DNA from: a virus
Virus record (IMG/VR): IMGVR_UViG_3300009503_000027
Location: 16,835 to 80,834 of that record
Reading direction: 5' to 3' (one strand)
Length of the DNA: 64,000 nt
The translations under genes were made by a program, and so were the position numbers. How positions within the stretch are numbered: the stretch's first letter is position 1; each line of letters begins with the position of its first letter. The notes below the pieces were generated by a model. That model worked only from the letters and a program-made list of their open reading frames with translations, was not told the DNA's origin and did not search any database. Below are positions 1-8,601 of this stretch, one piece after another.

Positions 1-26
1 TTACCGCCGCAGTAGGAGGCGAGAAC

Positions 27-1046
27 ATGAGCATGGATACCGAAGAGCTGTGGGACGAGAATGAAGAGGCGGATGAGCTAGTCGTTGAGGGGCTAGAGGA
101 ACTTCCGCGGGATGCAGACATCGAAAAGGCAGACATTGAGGTCTCGAATAAGCCCTGGCGCACCATCGGGTATGCTAAGCGTCTGCCCAAGGAATGCTTC
201 CTCTATGTTCCGGATCCGGAGAAGAAGTCTACATGGAAGTTCCCCGTGTACGAGGGGAAGAACCCCGATTCGGATGGCAACTTCCAGGATCGTGGGCCGC
301 TCAACTGGCATGCTCTCCGCAACGCGGCAGCACGCCTCATCGCTATTAAGAACCGCCTCGCGTCCGGCCGTGGCTTCCGTGGCATGTCTGACGCGGAGGC
401 ACGCGACCTAGTATCCACGGTAGCACCCAAGATAGTAGAGCTGTATAAGAAGATCGGGAAGCCGATACCAGAAGCACTAGCAAGATATGATAAGACTGCT
501 GAGGAAGGTGGCATAATGGCCAAGACTTCCACGATTATCGAGGCGGTTAAAGAAGCAATTAGTGGCGTCATGGGCGAGCTGCTAGGCGCGCGTCAGCCAG
601 ATGCTGCACCCGCCGAGCCACCGGTAGCCGAACCCCCTGGTGACGATGTTGCCAAGACCGAGGAACCTCCGGAGGCAGCGCCTGCCGATGCTTCTGTTGC
701 CCCGGCACCCGGACCTTCTCTGGAAGAGCGCCTGGCAACGCTCGAGGCCATGTTCGCCGAGATGAAGGGCGTGCTCGAGCAGTTTGCCGCCGCCAGTGTC
801 GCCAAGACCGATGAACCCGAGGAAGAGCCTGCCGACATCGGCAAGGCTGTTGCCGAGGCTCTGCAGCCACTTGTGACTGAAGTGCGCACGCTTCAGGAGC
901 AGGTGGACAAGATTGCCAAGGCCCGTGGGGTTTCGCTGCAGGTGGAGAAGGCGTCGGAGCCTGTGAGCGAGCCGATAGGGCGGCGCATGGGCACCCTGGG
1001 GCCACTTGATGACTTCGAGGGTGTCCTTCGCGCACATGCTAAATAA
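27..1046 (+). CDS. Putative capsid scaffolding / head maturation protein
   Basis: Directly upstream of the capsid gene; RBS AGGAGG; acidic Pro/Ala-rich and coiled-coil C-terminal half. Confidence 0.6.
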   Translation: MSMDTEELWDENEEADELVVEGLEELPRDADIEKADIEVSNKPWRTIGYAKRLPKECFLYVPDPEKKSTWKFPVYEGKNPDSDGNFQDRGPLNWHALRNAAARLIAIKNRLASGRGFRGMSDAEARDLVSTVAPKIVELYKKIGKPIPEALARYDKTAEEGGIMAKTSTIIEAVKEAISGVMGELLGARQPDAAPAEPPVAEPPGDDVAKTEEPPEAAPADASVAPAPGPSLEERLATLEAMFAEMKGVLEQFAAASVAKTDEPEEEPADIGKAVAEALQPLVTEVRTLQEQVDKIAKARGVSLQVEKASEPVSEPIGRRMGTLGPLDDFEGVLRAHAK

Positions 1047-1092
1047 CATAGAAAACCACATGTTTGTTGGGGCAGGTGCCCCGTGATACAAA

Positions 1093-2106
1093 GTGTCGAC
1101 TGAAATCGGAAAGACGGCTGTAACTATCACAGACCTGCAGACCAATGGTGTCTTGCAGGGCGAGCAGCTGGCACAGTTCATTGATCTCGTCGTTGACGAA
1201 ACGGTGATGATCAAGCTTGCCCGCAAGCTCATGACGAGCGGTGGCAAGGCATCGTGGAGCACCTTGGGCATCAGCGGCCCCGTCACCATCTGGGGCGGGC
1301 ATGCCTCTGACTGGCCCACCTATGGCGATACCTCGGTCACTGCTACCGACTATTCCATCCAGGCAGTGTCGGTAGAGGCCAAGGTGAAGCTTGACGATGT
1401 TGTGCTGCCAGCGTGGAATATCGAGGGTGAAGGCTTCCAGAACACGGCAACTGGCATGCTTGCCAAGGCCTTCGCCAACGACCTCGAGGATGCGGCAATC
1501 AATGCCGACAGCGATGGCTCTGACCCGTATTCAGGTCATAAGGGTGCGGGGATGCTGACGGCCTTCGATGGCTACTACGAGACCATCCGCACCTCGGGGA
1601 ACGTTTACGACCACGCTGGGGCGGGCGTCAATGCGGCTCTGTTCTACGAGATGTGGGAGACCTTGCCCACCAAGTATCGTTCCAATAGGGCCGATTGGCG
1701 CCTCTTCGTGAGTCCCAACGTCTTCGATGCTTGGGCACGCCATGCTGCAAGCGTTGCCCATACGGGCACCAGCGAAGCCTGGGTGACGAACACCGAGTCG
1801 GGGCTCGTGCTCTACGCAGCCGGCATCCAGCTCGTTAGCGTCCCCAAGATCCCCGAGAACAAGCCGGGCATCCTGAGCCAGTCCGAGGTTACTGAGGGCC
1901 AGTTCTCGTTCGCTATCCTGGCCCAGCCCGATAACCTCCTTGTGGCTTTCGACCCCGAACTCGAGTGGAAGATCGGTGTCGAGTCGGATATCCGGCGCAA
2001 GGTCCTCTACCTGAAGACTGGCTTCGCGGCGGGGATTCTCAATCCCGAAGCCTGCGTCGTTGCCGTGAACGTGCTGCCTGAGCCAGCCACAACGATCACG
2101 CCGTAG
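1093..2106 (+). CDS. Major capsid protein (HK97-fold type)
   Basis: 337 aa after the scaffold; G-x-L-x-x-EQ-x-x-x-FI N-terminal segment and LAKAFANDLEDAAIN helix typical of HK97-like capsids; followed by hairpins. Confidence 0.8.
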   Translation: MSTEIGKTAVTITDLQTNGVLQGEQLAQFIDLVVDETVMIKLARKLMTSGGKASWSTLGISGPVTIWGGHASDWPTYGDTSVTATDYSIQAVSVEAKVKLDDVVLPAWNIEGEGFQNTATGMLAKAFANDLEDAAINADSDGSDPYSGHKGAGMLTAFDGYYETIRTSGNVYDHAGAGVNAALFYEMWETLPTKYRSNRADWRLFVSPNVFDAWARHAASVAHTGTSEAWVTNTESGLVLYAAGIQLVSVPKIPENKPGILSQSEVTEGQFSFAILAQPDNLLVAFDPELEWKIGVESDIRRKVLYLKTGFAAGILNPEACVVAVNVLPEPATTITP

Positions 2107-2128
2107 GGCGGTGGATAGGCAGCCTGCT

Positions 2129-2186
2129 GGAGGGGAGGGGCTTATTCCCCTCCCCTCCTAGGGCAATTGATGGCTTTCGCCATCAA
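2129..2186 (+). terminator. Two hairpins after the capsid gene (terminator or mRNA stabiliser)
   Basis: GGAGGGGAGGGG-CTTATT-CCCCTCCCCTCC (2129-2158) and TTGATGGC-TTTC-GCCATCAA (2167-2186). Confidence 0.55.
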
Positions 2187-2214
2187 ATAAACAGTGCGTA
2201 GGAGTGGTGTAGAA

Positions 2215-2637
2215 ATGTTGATCGTCGTAAACAAGCTAGCAGCTGAGCGCAAGCAGGTTCCCAGCAGGATGCGTATCACCAACACCCCATCGGGGCAAAC
2301 ATATGTCATCAGTAGTGACCCCATCAATGTCACCAACGAGGAAGACCTTGAGTTTCTCTTGGGGCTGAAGGTAAAAACTCCCTGGGGGCAAGAGATACCC
2401 TGTTGCATGGAATGGCAACCGGAGGGCTCTGCCCGCGAATGGTCAGAAGCCGATACGAAGGCCCTCAGCGAAGAACTGGAAGCCCTGCTCAATGCTAATA
2501 ATCAGCTGCAAGAGCGTGTTGCGCAGTTGGAAGCAGAAGTGGACAACCTCAAGGCGGCGGGTGCAAAGTACCCTTCTTCAGGACGCGGACGGCGCAACGC
2601 TGGCACATCCGACACGGCGGAAGAACCTACCGAATAG
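2215..2637 (+). CDS. Hypothetical head-region protein with C-terminal coiled coil
   Basis: ATG 2215 with GGAG RBS; heptad segment LEALLNANNQLQERVAQLEAEV; lies after the capsid gene. Confidence 0.6.
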   Translation: MLIVVNKLAAERKQVPSRMRITNTPSGQTYVISSDPINVTNEEDLEFLLGLKVKTPWGQEIPCCMEWQPEGSAREWSEADTKALSEELEALLNANNQLQERVAQLEAEVDNLKAAGAKYPSSGRGRRNAGTSDTAEEPTE

Positions 2638-2708
2638 ACCGCACGTGGCAGCGTGTCCCCACGCCGCAGGCTACTTACCTGCTGCAGCAGATACATTGTG
2701 AGCTGGAA

Positions 2709-3623
2709 ATGGATCCGCCTGTGCGGTTCCTCAGCGCCGATGGATTATTGCTGCTACATGAGCTCCAGGGGCAACGCTTACAGCAGCGGTGGCAACCTCC
2801 ACACCTTGAAGATATTCCCCCCGGTAAGATGATGATAGTCCGCCGGGGTGGCATGGGAGATATTGTTCTCTTGCGTCCCGCCATTCAGACCTTCCGGAAC
2901 CGGCGCCCCGACGTTGAAACCATCCTAGTGACTGATTGGCCAACCCTGGGCAATGCACACCTTAACATTGATGAACTCATCCTTTGTGGGGATGAAAACA
3001 TATTGCTTCTCCAGGAGTATGTTGAGTGGCATGAAGGAAGGTATAAGATACATCGGAGCGATATATTTGCTTATGGCTTCGGCCTGGGGGGCTGCGACAG
3101 CTACGATATTACGCTGCCCTGGGATGGCCCCCGGCTGATTGAAGAAGACTACCTCGTAGTGCAGCTTTCGGGTAGTTCGAAGTACCGTTGCCCCTCGGTG
3201 GGATATATGTGGCGGCTAGCGGAGGCAGTTTCTAAGAGATATAACATTGCCATTGCCACCTTAGGCAACAGCCGGATTGACCTTGGCGACTTCAATTACA
3301 CGGGCCTACTTGCGGAGGCAACTGTGCTTTCTCTGCTCCGATATGCTCGCATTGTCATAGCAGGTGACAGCGGGCCATTCCATGTAGCAAGGGCCCTCGG
3401 CACCCCCTGCGTAGGCTTTTATGGCCCTATCCCCCCAGAGCTGCGTGTAGCGGGCTTGCCGGATTGCTATCGGATAATTCACGCTAAGTGCCTTTATGGG
3501 AGCCCTTGCCAAGAGGATGGCAATTGCAATAAAATAGACGTGGCCAAGTGCCTAGAGGGCGTTCCCTTAGAACACGCTCTGGCGGTTGTAGAGGAACTGA
3601 TGGAAACATGCCCACGGCGATAA
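2709..3623 (+). CDS. Glycosyltransferase family 9 (heptosyltransferase-like)
   Basis: GT9 motifs RRGGMGDIVL and IAGDSGPFHVARALGTPCVGFYGP; Cys-rich C-terminus. Confidence 0.85.
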   Translation: MDPPVRFLSADGLLLLHELQGQRLQQRWQPPHLEDIPPGKMMIVRRGGMGDIVLLRPAIQTFRNRRPDVETILVTDWPTLGNAHLNIDELILCGDENILLLQEYVEWHEGRYKIHRSDIFAYGFGLGGCDSYDITLPWDGPRLIEEDYLVVQLSGSSKYRCPSVGYMWRLAEAVSKRYNIAIATLGNSRIDLGDFNYTGLLAEATVLSLLRYARIVIAGDSGPFHVARALGTPCVGFYGPIPPELRVAGLPDCYRIIHAKCLYGSPCQEDGNCNKIDVAKCLEGVPLEHALAVVEELMETCPRR

Positions 3624-4363
3624 TTACAAAGGCTTGGGATGACCTACGGACGGGCAACTATGATGAGGAAGGGGCCGTTGAAGAACTACTTACCGGGGTG
3701 CTCACAGATGCGGCGGGCACTACTCTAGCCCAAGTGCTCTCAGCCACTGAGAAGGCGACCATCGTTGAGCGCTACCGGGCGATGGCCGGTGATGAGATCC
3801 GGCGGCGGGCCGGGCGGGACTTTGCCTTCCATCAAGATGTAGAGGTATACGTCAATGGCTCGGGCACCCCATACCTAGACCTTGCCCAATATGGTTTCTG
3901 GCCGCTATATGAAGTTAGCCAGATGCTGGTTGAGGACACGGGGCAAGCCATTGATACGCTCATTGTAGAACCTTCAGGTCTTATTCACTTTGCCAATGAG
4001 TGGCAATTCCCCAAGGGGAACCGGAACATCCGGCTCACTATCAGCTGGGGCTTCAGCGATACAGTAGCGGGTGTCCGGCCGGTGCCCCAAGATGTCAAGG
4101 ATGCCCAGAGCATGTTGGCCGCCGCCAACATCCTGGAATACATACAGGCCACTAAGAATGTTGATGGCCTTGGTGGCATCAGCATCATCCAATACGGCGA
4201 GATGTCCATCCGGCAGTATCAGCGTGGCCGCTTCTCGCCTACGATTGATGCCTGGAAGGAGCGGGCTTATGCCACCTGCAACTTCTACCGGGGGGTGAAC
4301 TTCCATTACCTTGTGCCCGCTAATGTGCTAGAATATGGCGAGAAGATACAGGAAGCAAGATGA
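3608..4363 (+). CDS. Head-tail connector/adaptor protein
   Basis: Position in the operon; FPKGNRNIRLTISWGF...VPQDVKDA segment resembles gp6/gp15-like adaptors; likely start ATG 3608. Confidence 0.65.
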   Translation: MPTAIITKAWDDLRTGNYDEEGAVEELLTGVLTDAAGTTLAQVLSATEKATIVERYRAMAGDEIRRRAGRDFAFHQDVEVYVNGSGTPYLDLAQYGFWPLYEVSQMLVEDTGQAIDTLIVEPSGLIHFANEWQFPKGNRNIRLTISWGFSDTVAGVRPVPQDVKDAQSMLAAANILEYIQATKNVDGLGGISIIQYGEMSIRQYQRGRFSPTIDAWKERAYATCNFYRGVNFHYLVPANVLEYGEKIQEAR

Positions 4364-4947
4364 CAACCATCATTGCCTATACTAATCCGACACGCATCTA
4401 TCGTGCTTATCGCGAGCTACAGCACGACCTGGCAACGTATTTGCAGTATGCAGACATTTATGGCACCGATACATGGGCACGGGTAGGGGAAGTAAGCGAC
4501 AGTATGCTATTCTTGCCCGCACCGGGGGAGTACGTCCAGACGGAAGCCCCTGTGACACTCTGGTATCCACCCGATGTGGACGTAGACCTGGGCTATCTAA
4601 TAGAGGTCAAGCATGCGATGTATTATGATGGCCGGCTAGTGGCAGTGGAGACAACTCTTGCTGCCGATGCCGCCGCAGGTGACACATCCCTGCCTGTAGA
4701 GCGTGCCTACGGCTTCCATTCGGGAGATGTGGTACTCCTTTCTGCATCCAATACTATTGAACGCTGCCGTGTCCGGTTCGTTGACACCCGTAATCACGTA
4801 CTCACACTATATTCAGATACGCCATTGCAGAGTGATTGGGCCACAGGGAGCAGCATACGGGCTTCCGACTTCTATGAAGTGGTGGCCCTAGAGCGGGCAC
4901 AGATTATTCGGGCAACTTGTAACCGTGTGCATCCTAAGAACGAGTGA
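4360..4947 (+). CDS. Putative head-closure protein with an inserted beta-rich domain
   Basis: Follows the adaptor with ATGA overlap; internal TTLAADAAAGDTSLPVE segment typical of virion beta domains. Confidence 0.45.
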   Translation: MTTIIAYTNPTRIYRAYRELQHDLATYLQYADIYGTDTWARVGEVSDSMLFLPAPGEYVQTEAPVTLWYPPDVDVDLGYLIEVKHAMYYDGRLVAVETTLAADAAAGDTSLPVERAYGFHSGDVVLLSASNTIERCRVRFVDTRNHVLTLYSDTPLQSDWATGSSIRASDFYEVVALERAQIIRATCNRVHPKNE

Positions 4948-5702
4948 TGGCAATGGCACAGAAGATTGACCACTCGCCTGAGATTGCCGAAGGTATACGG
5001 AACTTGCTCCTGGGGCGTGTCCGGCTCAAGGCGGACTATGCCGCCGGCGACAGAGTTGTCAAAGTGGGCTACGAGAGTGGCTATTGGCCGAACTCTGAGC
5101 CTGTCCCCGGGGCGTATTTGTGGTTCAACAACACCGACGAGGCGCGCCTTGTGCAACCTACTGCTCAGCATATCGCTGGGGGCATAGAATACAGCGAAGA
5201 TGTTACGATTACTGATGCTAGCGGGTGCCATGCGATTATCTACCCCCCTGCCACGCATAACTATACCACGGCGCGGAAGGCCTACTTGTGCCTGCGCACC
5301 CCTCCTATCCCGGACTTGAAGGTTATCGCAACCGATCCGGAAAGTTTGCCACCTGATGAAATCCAAGAAAAATGGTTCCCATCAGTAACAATCATCCGGC
5401 GGCAATTTACTCCCACCTTCCGCCCATCAACCGCCGTTGAAGGCAAGTATAGATTTGTTATCCGGTACGCATGCCTTGTGACTTCCGGAGAAAGCAGCGG
5501 TGATAAGCTCCTACAGGATACGGCCACAATCGTTAACCTATTTGCTGAAGATCCCTACATAGGGGCGACGGTAGAGAACTGCGACATCGAGGGGGTAGAG
5601 AGTTTCCGTTTCCGGCGCATCTCGGCTAACCGTACTATGCTCTTGGGCGACATCTACCTGGCGATTGAGCGGACATCTGCCTATACCAAATTGGGGACTT
5701 GA
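4944..5702 (+). CDS. Putative tail terminator/completion protein
   Basis: Precedes the tail tube; C-terminal FPSVTI...NLFAEDPYIGATV pattern. Confidence 0.5.
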   Translation: MMAMAQKIDHSPEIAEGIRNLLLGRVRLKADYAAGDRVVKVGYESGYWPNSEPVPGAYLWFNNTDEARLVQPTAQHIAGGIEYSEDVTITDASGCHAIIYPPATHNYTTARKAYLCLRTPPIPDLKVIATDPESLPPDEIQEKWFPSVTIIRRQFTPTFRPSTAVEGKYRFVIRYACLVTSGESSGDKLLQDTATIVNLFAEDPYIGATVENCDIEGVESFRFRRISANRTMLLGDIYLAIERTSAYTKLGT

Positions 5703-5726
5703 CACAATAAGGACTTCTTGTAGAAT
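5699..5726 (+). promoter_or_regulatory. Sigma70-like promoter
   Basis: TTGACA-16 nt-TAGAAT just upstream of ORF 5732. Confidence 0.6.
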
Positions 5727-5731
5727 ATATC

Positions 5732-6136
5732 TTGTGGCAGGTTATGCCTATGAGAACACCTATGGATGCGCCTAAAATCGAATATTACATTACGGCCGAC
5801 TTATGCGAAGCGGCCATATTGCTGATGCGGCCGCAGTGTATCCTGTGCCAATGCGAATGGGAAAGCGAAGCCGACAGGGTTGGCCGTTGGGTGATCTTGA
5901 TAAGGCCTAATTCGGGGTTCTCTCTAGCCGAACTGCGGCAGATCATCGAAGACCTGAAGACCGGGGATTACCTAGTGGAGCCTCGGGCGTTCATGAGTGC
6001 CCTCCGCAAGGCCCGCGTGGCTATGCAGGAGTTTCTACAGAGTAAAAATGTGGAGCCCCCTACTCCACGCCAGGTAAGAAACGTAGTAAATCCCAAGAGT
6101 AGGGAGAAAAACAATGCCAGTTCCAGCACTGTCTAA
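5732..6136 (+). CDS. Small hypothetical protein (DUF5659-like)
   Basis: YYITADLCEAAILL...YLVEPRAFMSALRK pattern; true start may be a downstream ATG. Confidence 0.5.
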   Translation: MWQVMPMRTPMDAPKIEYYITADLCEAAILLMRPQCILCQCEWESEADRVGRWVILIRPNSGFSLAELRQIIEDLKTGDYLVEPRAFMSALRKARVAMQEFLQSKNVEPPTPRQVRNVVNPKSREKNNASSSTV

Positions 6137-7052
6137 GCACACCGCAGTGGGGATCGCCCTACAGACGGCTTATAACACTCCGAATGTTGCGGGGATTCAG
6201 TGGGCGGCAATAGATGCCGAAATGAACTTCCAAGAGCAGCTTAACTTTGCTGTCCTGGACCAAGGCGACATGTCCGACTGGGAATATGATGCCTGGACGC
6301 CTGGCACCCATTACCAGGGGAATATTCCCTTCTCGGCTATACCAAGCATGATGAGTACGTATGCCGCTTGGTGCCTTGAGCGCGACTCGTACAACCAGCC
6401 AACGTATGCCACCATTGCATTCTACGATGACAAGCGGGGCGGTCCTATCGCGGTCCAGGACTGCGTAGTGAGCCAGGTAACGTGGACGTTCAACAAACGG
6501 GCAGCAGTAACGCAGGCAATCACCGCATTTGGACGAAAGGAAGCATCTTCTGCTCCCAGCATACCTACCCCCGCCGACGTTGTCCGTGGCATGCCCTACG
6601 TGTGTAAGGAAATCACCGTCCAGGTGGACTTCGGTTCGGGCTACGTAACCGTGGCAGATTTCGAGTCGCTCACCATCGTGGTAGATACCCTTGCCGAAAA
6701 CCCCGATGAAGGTTTTCGCCTGGAATCCTCCGGGCATCCCCACACAATGTACACCCTCGGCGGCATCCGCGTGTCGGGCAACATGACCCGCGACTATGTA
6801 GATGACAGCTTCCGCGAGATAATATCCGCCATGCGTGACGGGGCAGTTGGAGACTTCAGCAGCCGTATCGCCATCAAGGTGACGGCCACACGCGGTGCTT
6901 CCTCCTGCACATGGGAGATGCCTTATGTGCAGTTCATGAACTGGGAGGCGCCGTTCCCGGGCAACTCGACCAGCCGGCGCCAGGAAGCAATCGAGTACCG
7001 CGCATTCACGGGCGCTGACGGCACGGAAGCCCCCCTGACAATCACGGCGTAG
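6114..7052 (+). CDS. Major tail tube protein
   Basis: 312 aa beta-rich; VGIALQTAYNTP N-terminus; lies before the chaperone and tape measure genes. Confidence 0.75.
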   Translation: MPVPALSKHTAVGIALQTAYNTPNVAGIQWAAIDAEMNFQEQLNFAVLDQGDMSDWEYDAWTPGTHYQGNIPFSAIPSMMSTYAAWCLERDSYNQPTYATIAFYDDKRGGPIAVQDCVVSQVTWTFNKRAAVTQAITAFGRKEASSAPSIPTPADVVRGMPYVCKEITVQVDFGSGYVTVADFESLTIVVDTLAENPDEGFRLESSGHPHTMYTLGGIRVSGNMTRDYVDDSFREIISAMRDGAVGDFSSRIAIKVTATRGASSCTWEMPYVQFMNWEAPFPGNSTSRRQEAIEYRAFTGADGTEAPLTITA

Positions 7053-7081
7053 CAAGAGGGGCACCTGTGCCCCGTGGTATA

Positions 7082-7120
7082 GGGTGCCCCTGTCTGTAGC
7101 GGGCAGGGGCACTCGTTTTC
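7082..7120 (+). terminator. Putative intrinsic terminator
   Basis: GGGTGCCCCTGTC / GGCAGGGGCACTC stem followed by GTTTT. Confidence 0.5.
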
Positions 7121-7132
7121 AGACACCATAGG

Positions 7133-7699
7133 ATGGTGGTGATTAGAATGACCGTTGAGGAACGACTGAAGCAGTTGGCAATGCGGCGTGGGCCGGAGAT
7201 CACGCGAGTGAACCTCTACGAGCGCGACATGCTCCGGTCGGCGGAGGATGATAGCTATGCCTCCGCAAAGGTAGACATCTCCGATGGTGGCAGGTTCTAT
7301 GTTTCATTCAGGACTGCCTCCGGAACGCAGATGGCGGCCCTGGAATCCGCTGCGGGCAGGGGCAAAATAATCAACGAAATAGACAGCACTGGCCGTGCCC
7401 GCCAGATCCTGGAATTCCACGACTGGGATATTGTGGAATGTGCTATACGGTTAGGGTTGATAGTGGATGCTTGCCTCCCCGCATTAGACGATGACGGCAG
7501 CTTGACAGAATTTGTCATTGAGAAGGGCGACGATCCGGCCAAGGTTTTGTCCAAGATCAACGAGGGCGGCGGCAAGCTCATTCCCGTCCTGGCCATGATG
7601 ATACGCGATAGGTATTTCGGAGACGAAGAGGGTGATATCGCGCTGAGTACGAAGGTGGTGGAAGAGGCGGGAAACTGCTTGAACGCCTGCTCCCAGTAG
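7133..7699 (+). CDS. Tail assembly chaperone (G-like)
   Basis: Between tail tube and tape measure; slippery heptamer near its 3' end. Confidence 0.7.
   Translation: MVVIRMTVEERLKQLAMRRGPEITRVNLYERDMLRSAEDDSYASAKVDISDGGRFYVSFRTASGTQMAALESAAGRGKIINEIDSTGRARQILEFHDWDIVECAIRLGLIVDACLPALDDDGSLTEFVIEKGDDPAKVLSKINEGGGKLIPVLAMMIRDRYFGDEEGDIALSTKVVEEAGNCLNACSQ
7669..7675 (+). other. Programmed -1 ribosomal frameshift site G GGA AAC
   Basis: X XXY YYZ heptamer in the correct phase; the -1 frame is open from 7669 into ORF 7714..8106. Confidence 0.8.
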
Positions 7700-8106
7700 G
7701 GCGTCTGGATGCAGTGAGTATTGCCCAGGCGCGGCGCGACATGCGTGCGGAGCAGCTTGATATGAAGTTGCCAGGTGAATCCGACCCGTGGGTGCAGGAA
7801 CACTTCCGGCGCCCCGATGGTAGTTTCGACGCGTTGCGGTATCATCGGTGGTTGCAGGAAGAGACCGCCCGGCTCCTTGGGCCTGTAACTGTGACAATGT
7901 ACGATTATTGGATGGAAGCATTGCTAAAACGTGTCGTAGAAGAAAGTAATATGTTCTACGGCGGCATGGTACCACTCCTACCAACCTACTTCCGGGGTTA
8001 CGACGAGGTACCGTGGGAAGAGGCCACCTTATGGGCACGTGTGGCGGCAATCAACGAACGCATCCGGGAGGAGCGAAGCCATGCCGGTCGGAGAAGTCCT
8101 CATTGA
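7669..8106 (+). CDS. Tail assembly chaperone frameshift extension (T-like)
   Basis: Open -1 frame continuing from the slippery site. Confidence 0.7.
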   Translation, partial: GKLLERLLPVGRLDAVSIAQARRDMRAEQLDMKLPGESDPWVQEHFRRPDGSFDALRYHRWLQEETARLLGPVTVTMYDYWMEALLKRVVEESNMFYGGMVPLLPTYFRGYDEVPWEEATLWARVAAINERIREERSHAGRRSPH

Positions 8107-8596
8107 ATGTAGGGCCCTCGGTGCGGGCGTCACCCTTGAGCGGATAGCCCGCGAAGTGTTGACCGAGGTGCTAAATGAGATTGCTAGCGCCCCTGATGTT
8201 CCCGAGTTTGAGGGTGCACTAAAGCACGGTTGGAGCATTGTTGCCAGCGGGGGCGGGGCGAACGAGGGTTGGGCAGTAGCCGAAAATCCTTCTACTGTCC
8301 TGCCACCTCGCGAGAGCCAAACCGGGCCAGCACCGTATGACTATGCCCGTGGTATAGAAGAAGGGCACCGGGGCCACTGGGTAGATTTGCGCCCCCGGAG
8401 AGCTCGCCGCCGCCACCGGCAGAAACTGATCCGCTGGATACAGACGAAAGGGCCCGAATGGATGCGCGAGCAGTTAGCAGATCGGAAGTTCGTTTGGATA
8501 CCGCGGTATCCCCCGCATCCCTTTGCGCAGCCCATCCTGGAGAGATGTGTCAACAACCCACGGCTCATCCGAGCGGTCTTGCGGCGCCTGGGGTGA
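8081..8596 (+). CDS. HK97 gp10-like neck/tail component
   Basis: VPEFEGALKHGW, YARGIEEGH and PPHPFAQP match the gp10-like pattern; RBS GGAGGAG before ATG 8081. Confidence 0.6.
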   Translation: MPVGEVLIECRALGAGVTLERIAREVLTEVLNEIASAPDVPEFEGALKHGWSIVASGGGANEGWAVAENPSTVLPPRESQTGPAPYDYARGIEEGHRGHWVDLRPRRARRRHRQKLIRWIQTKGPEWMREQLADRKFVWIPRYPPHPFAQPILERCVNNPRLIRAVLRRLG

Positions 8597-8601
8597 TCTA
8601 A

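Noticed and set aside
6159-7112. Long antisense ORFs (e.g. 6159..7112 -, 22289..23398 -, 582..1319 -, 34700..35443 +)
   Set aside because: They are shadows of well-supported genes in GC-rich DNA, with no motifs or RBS.
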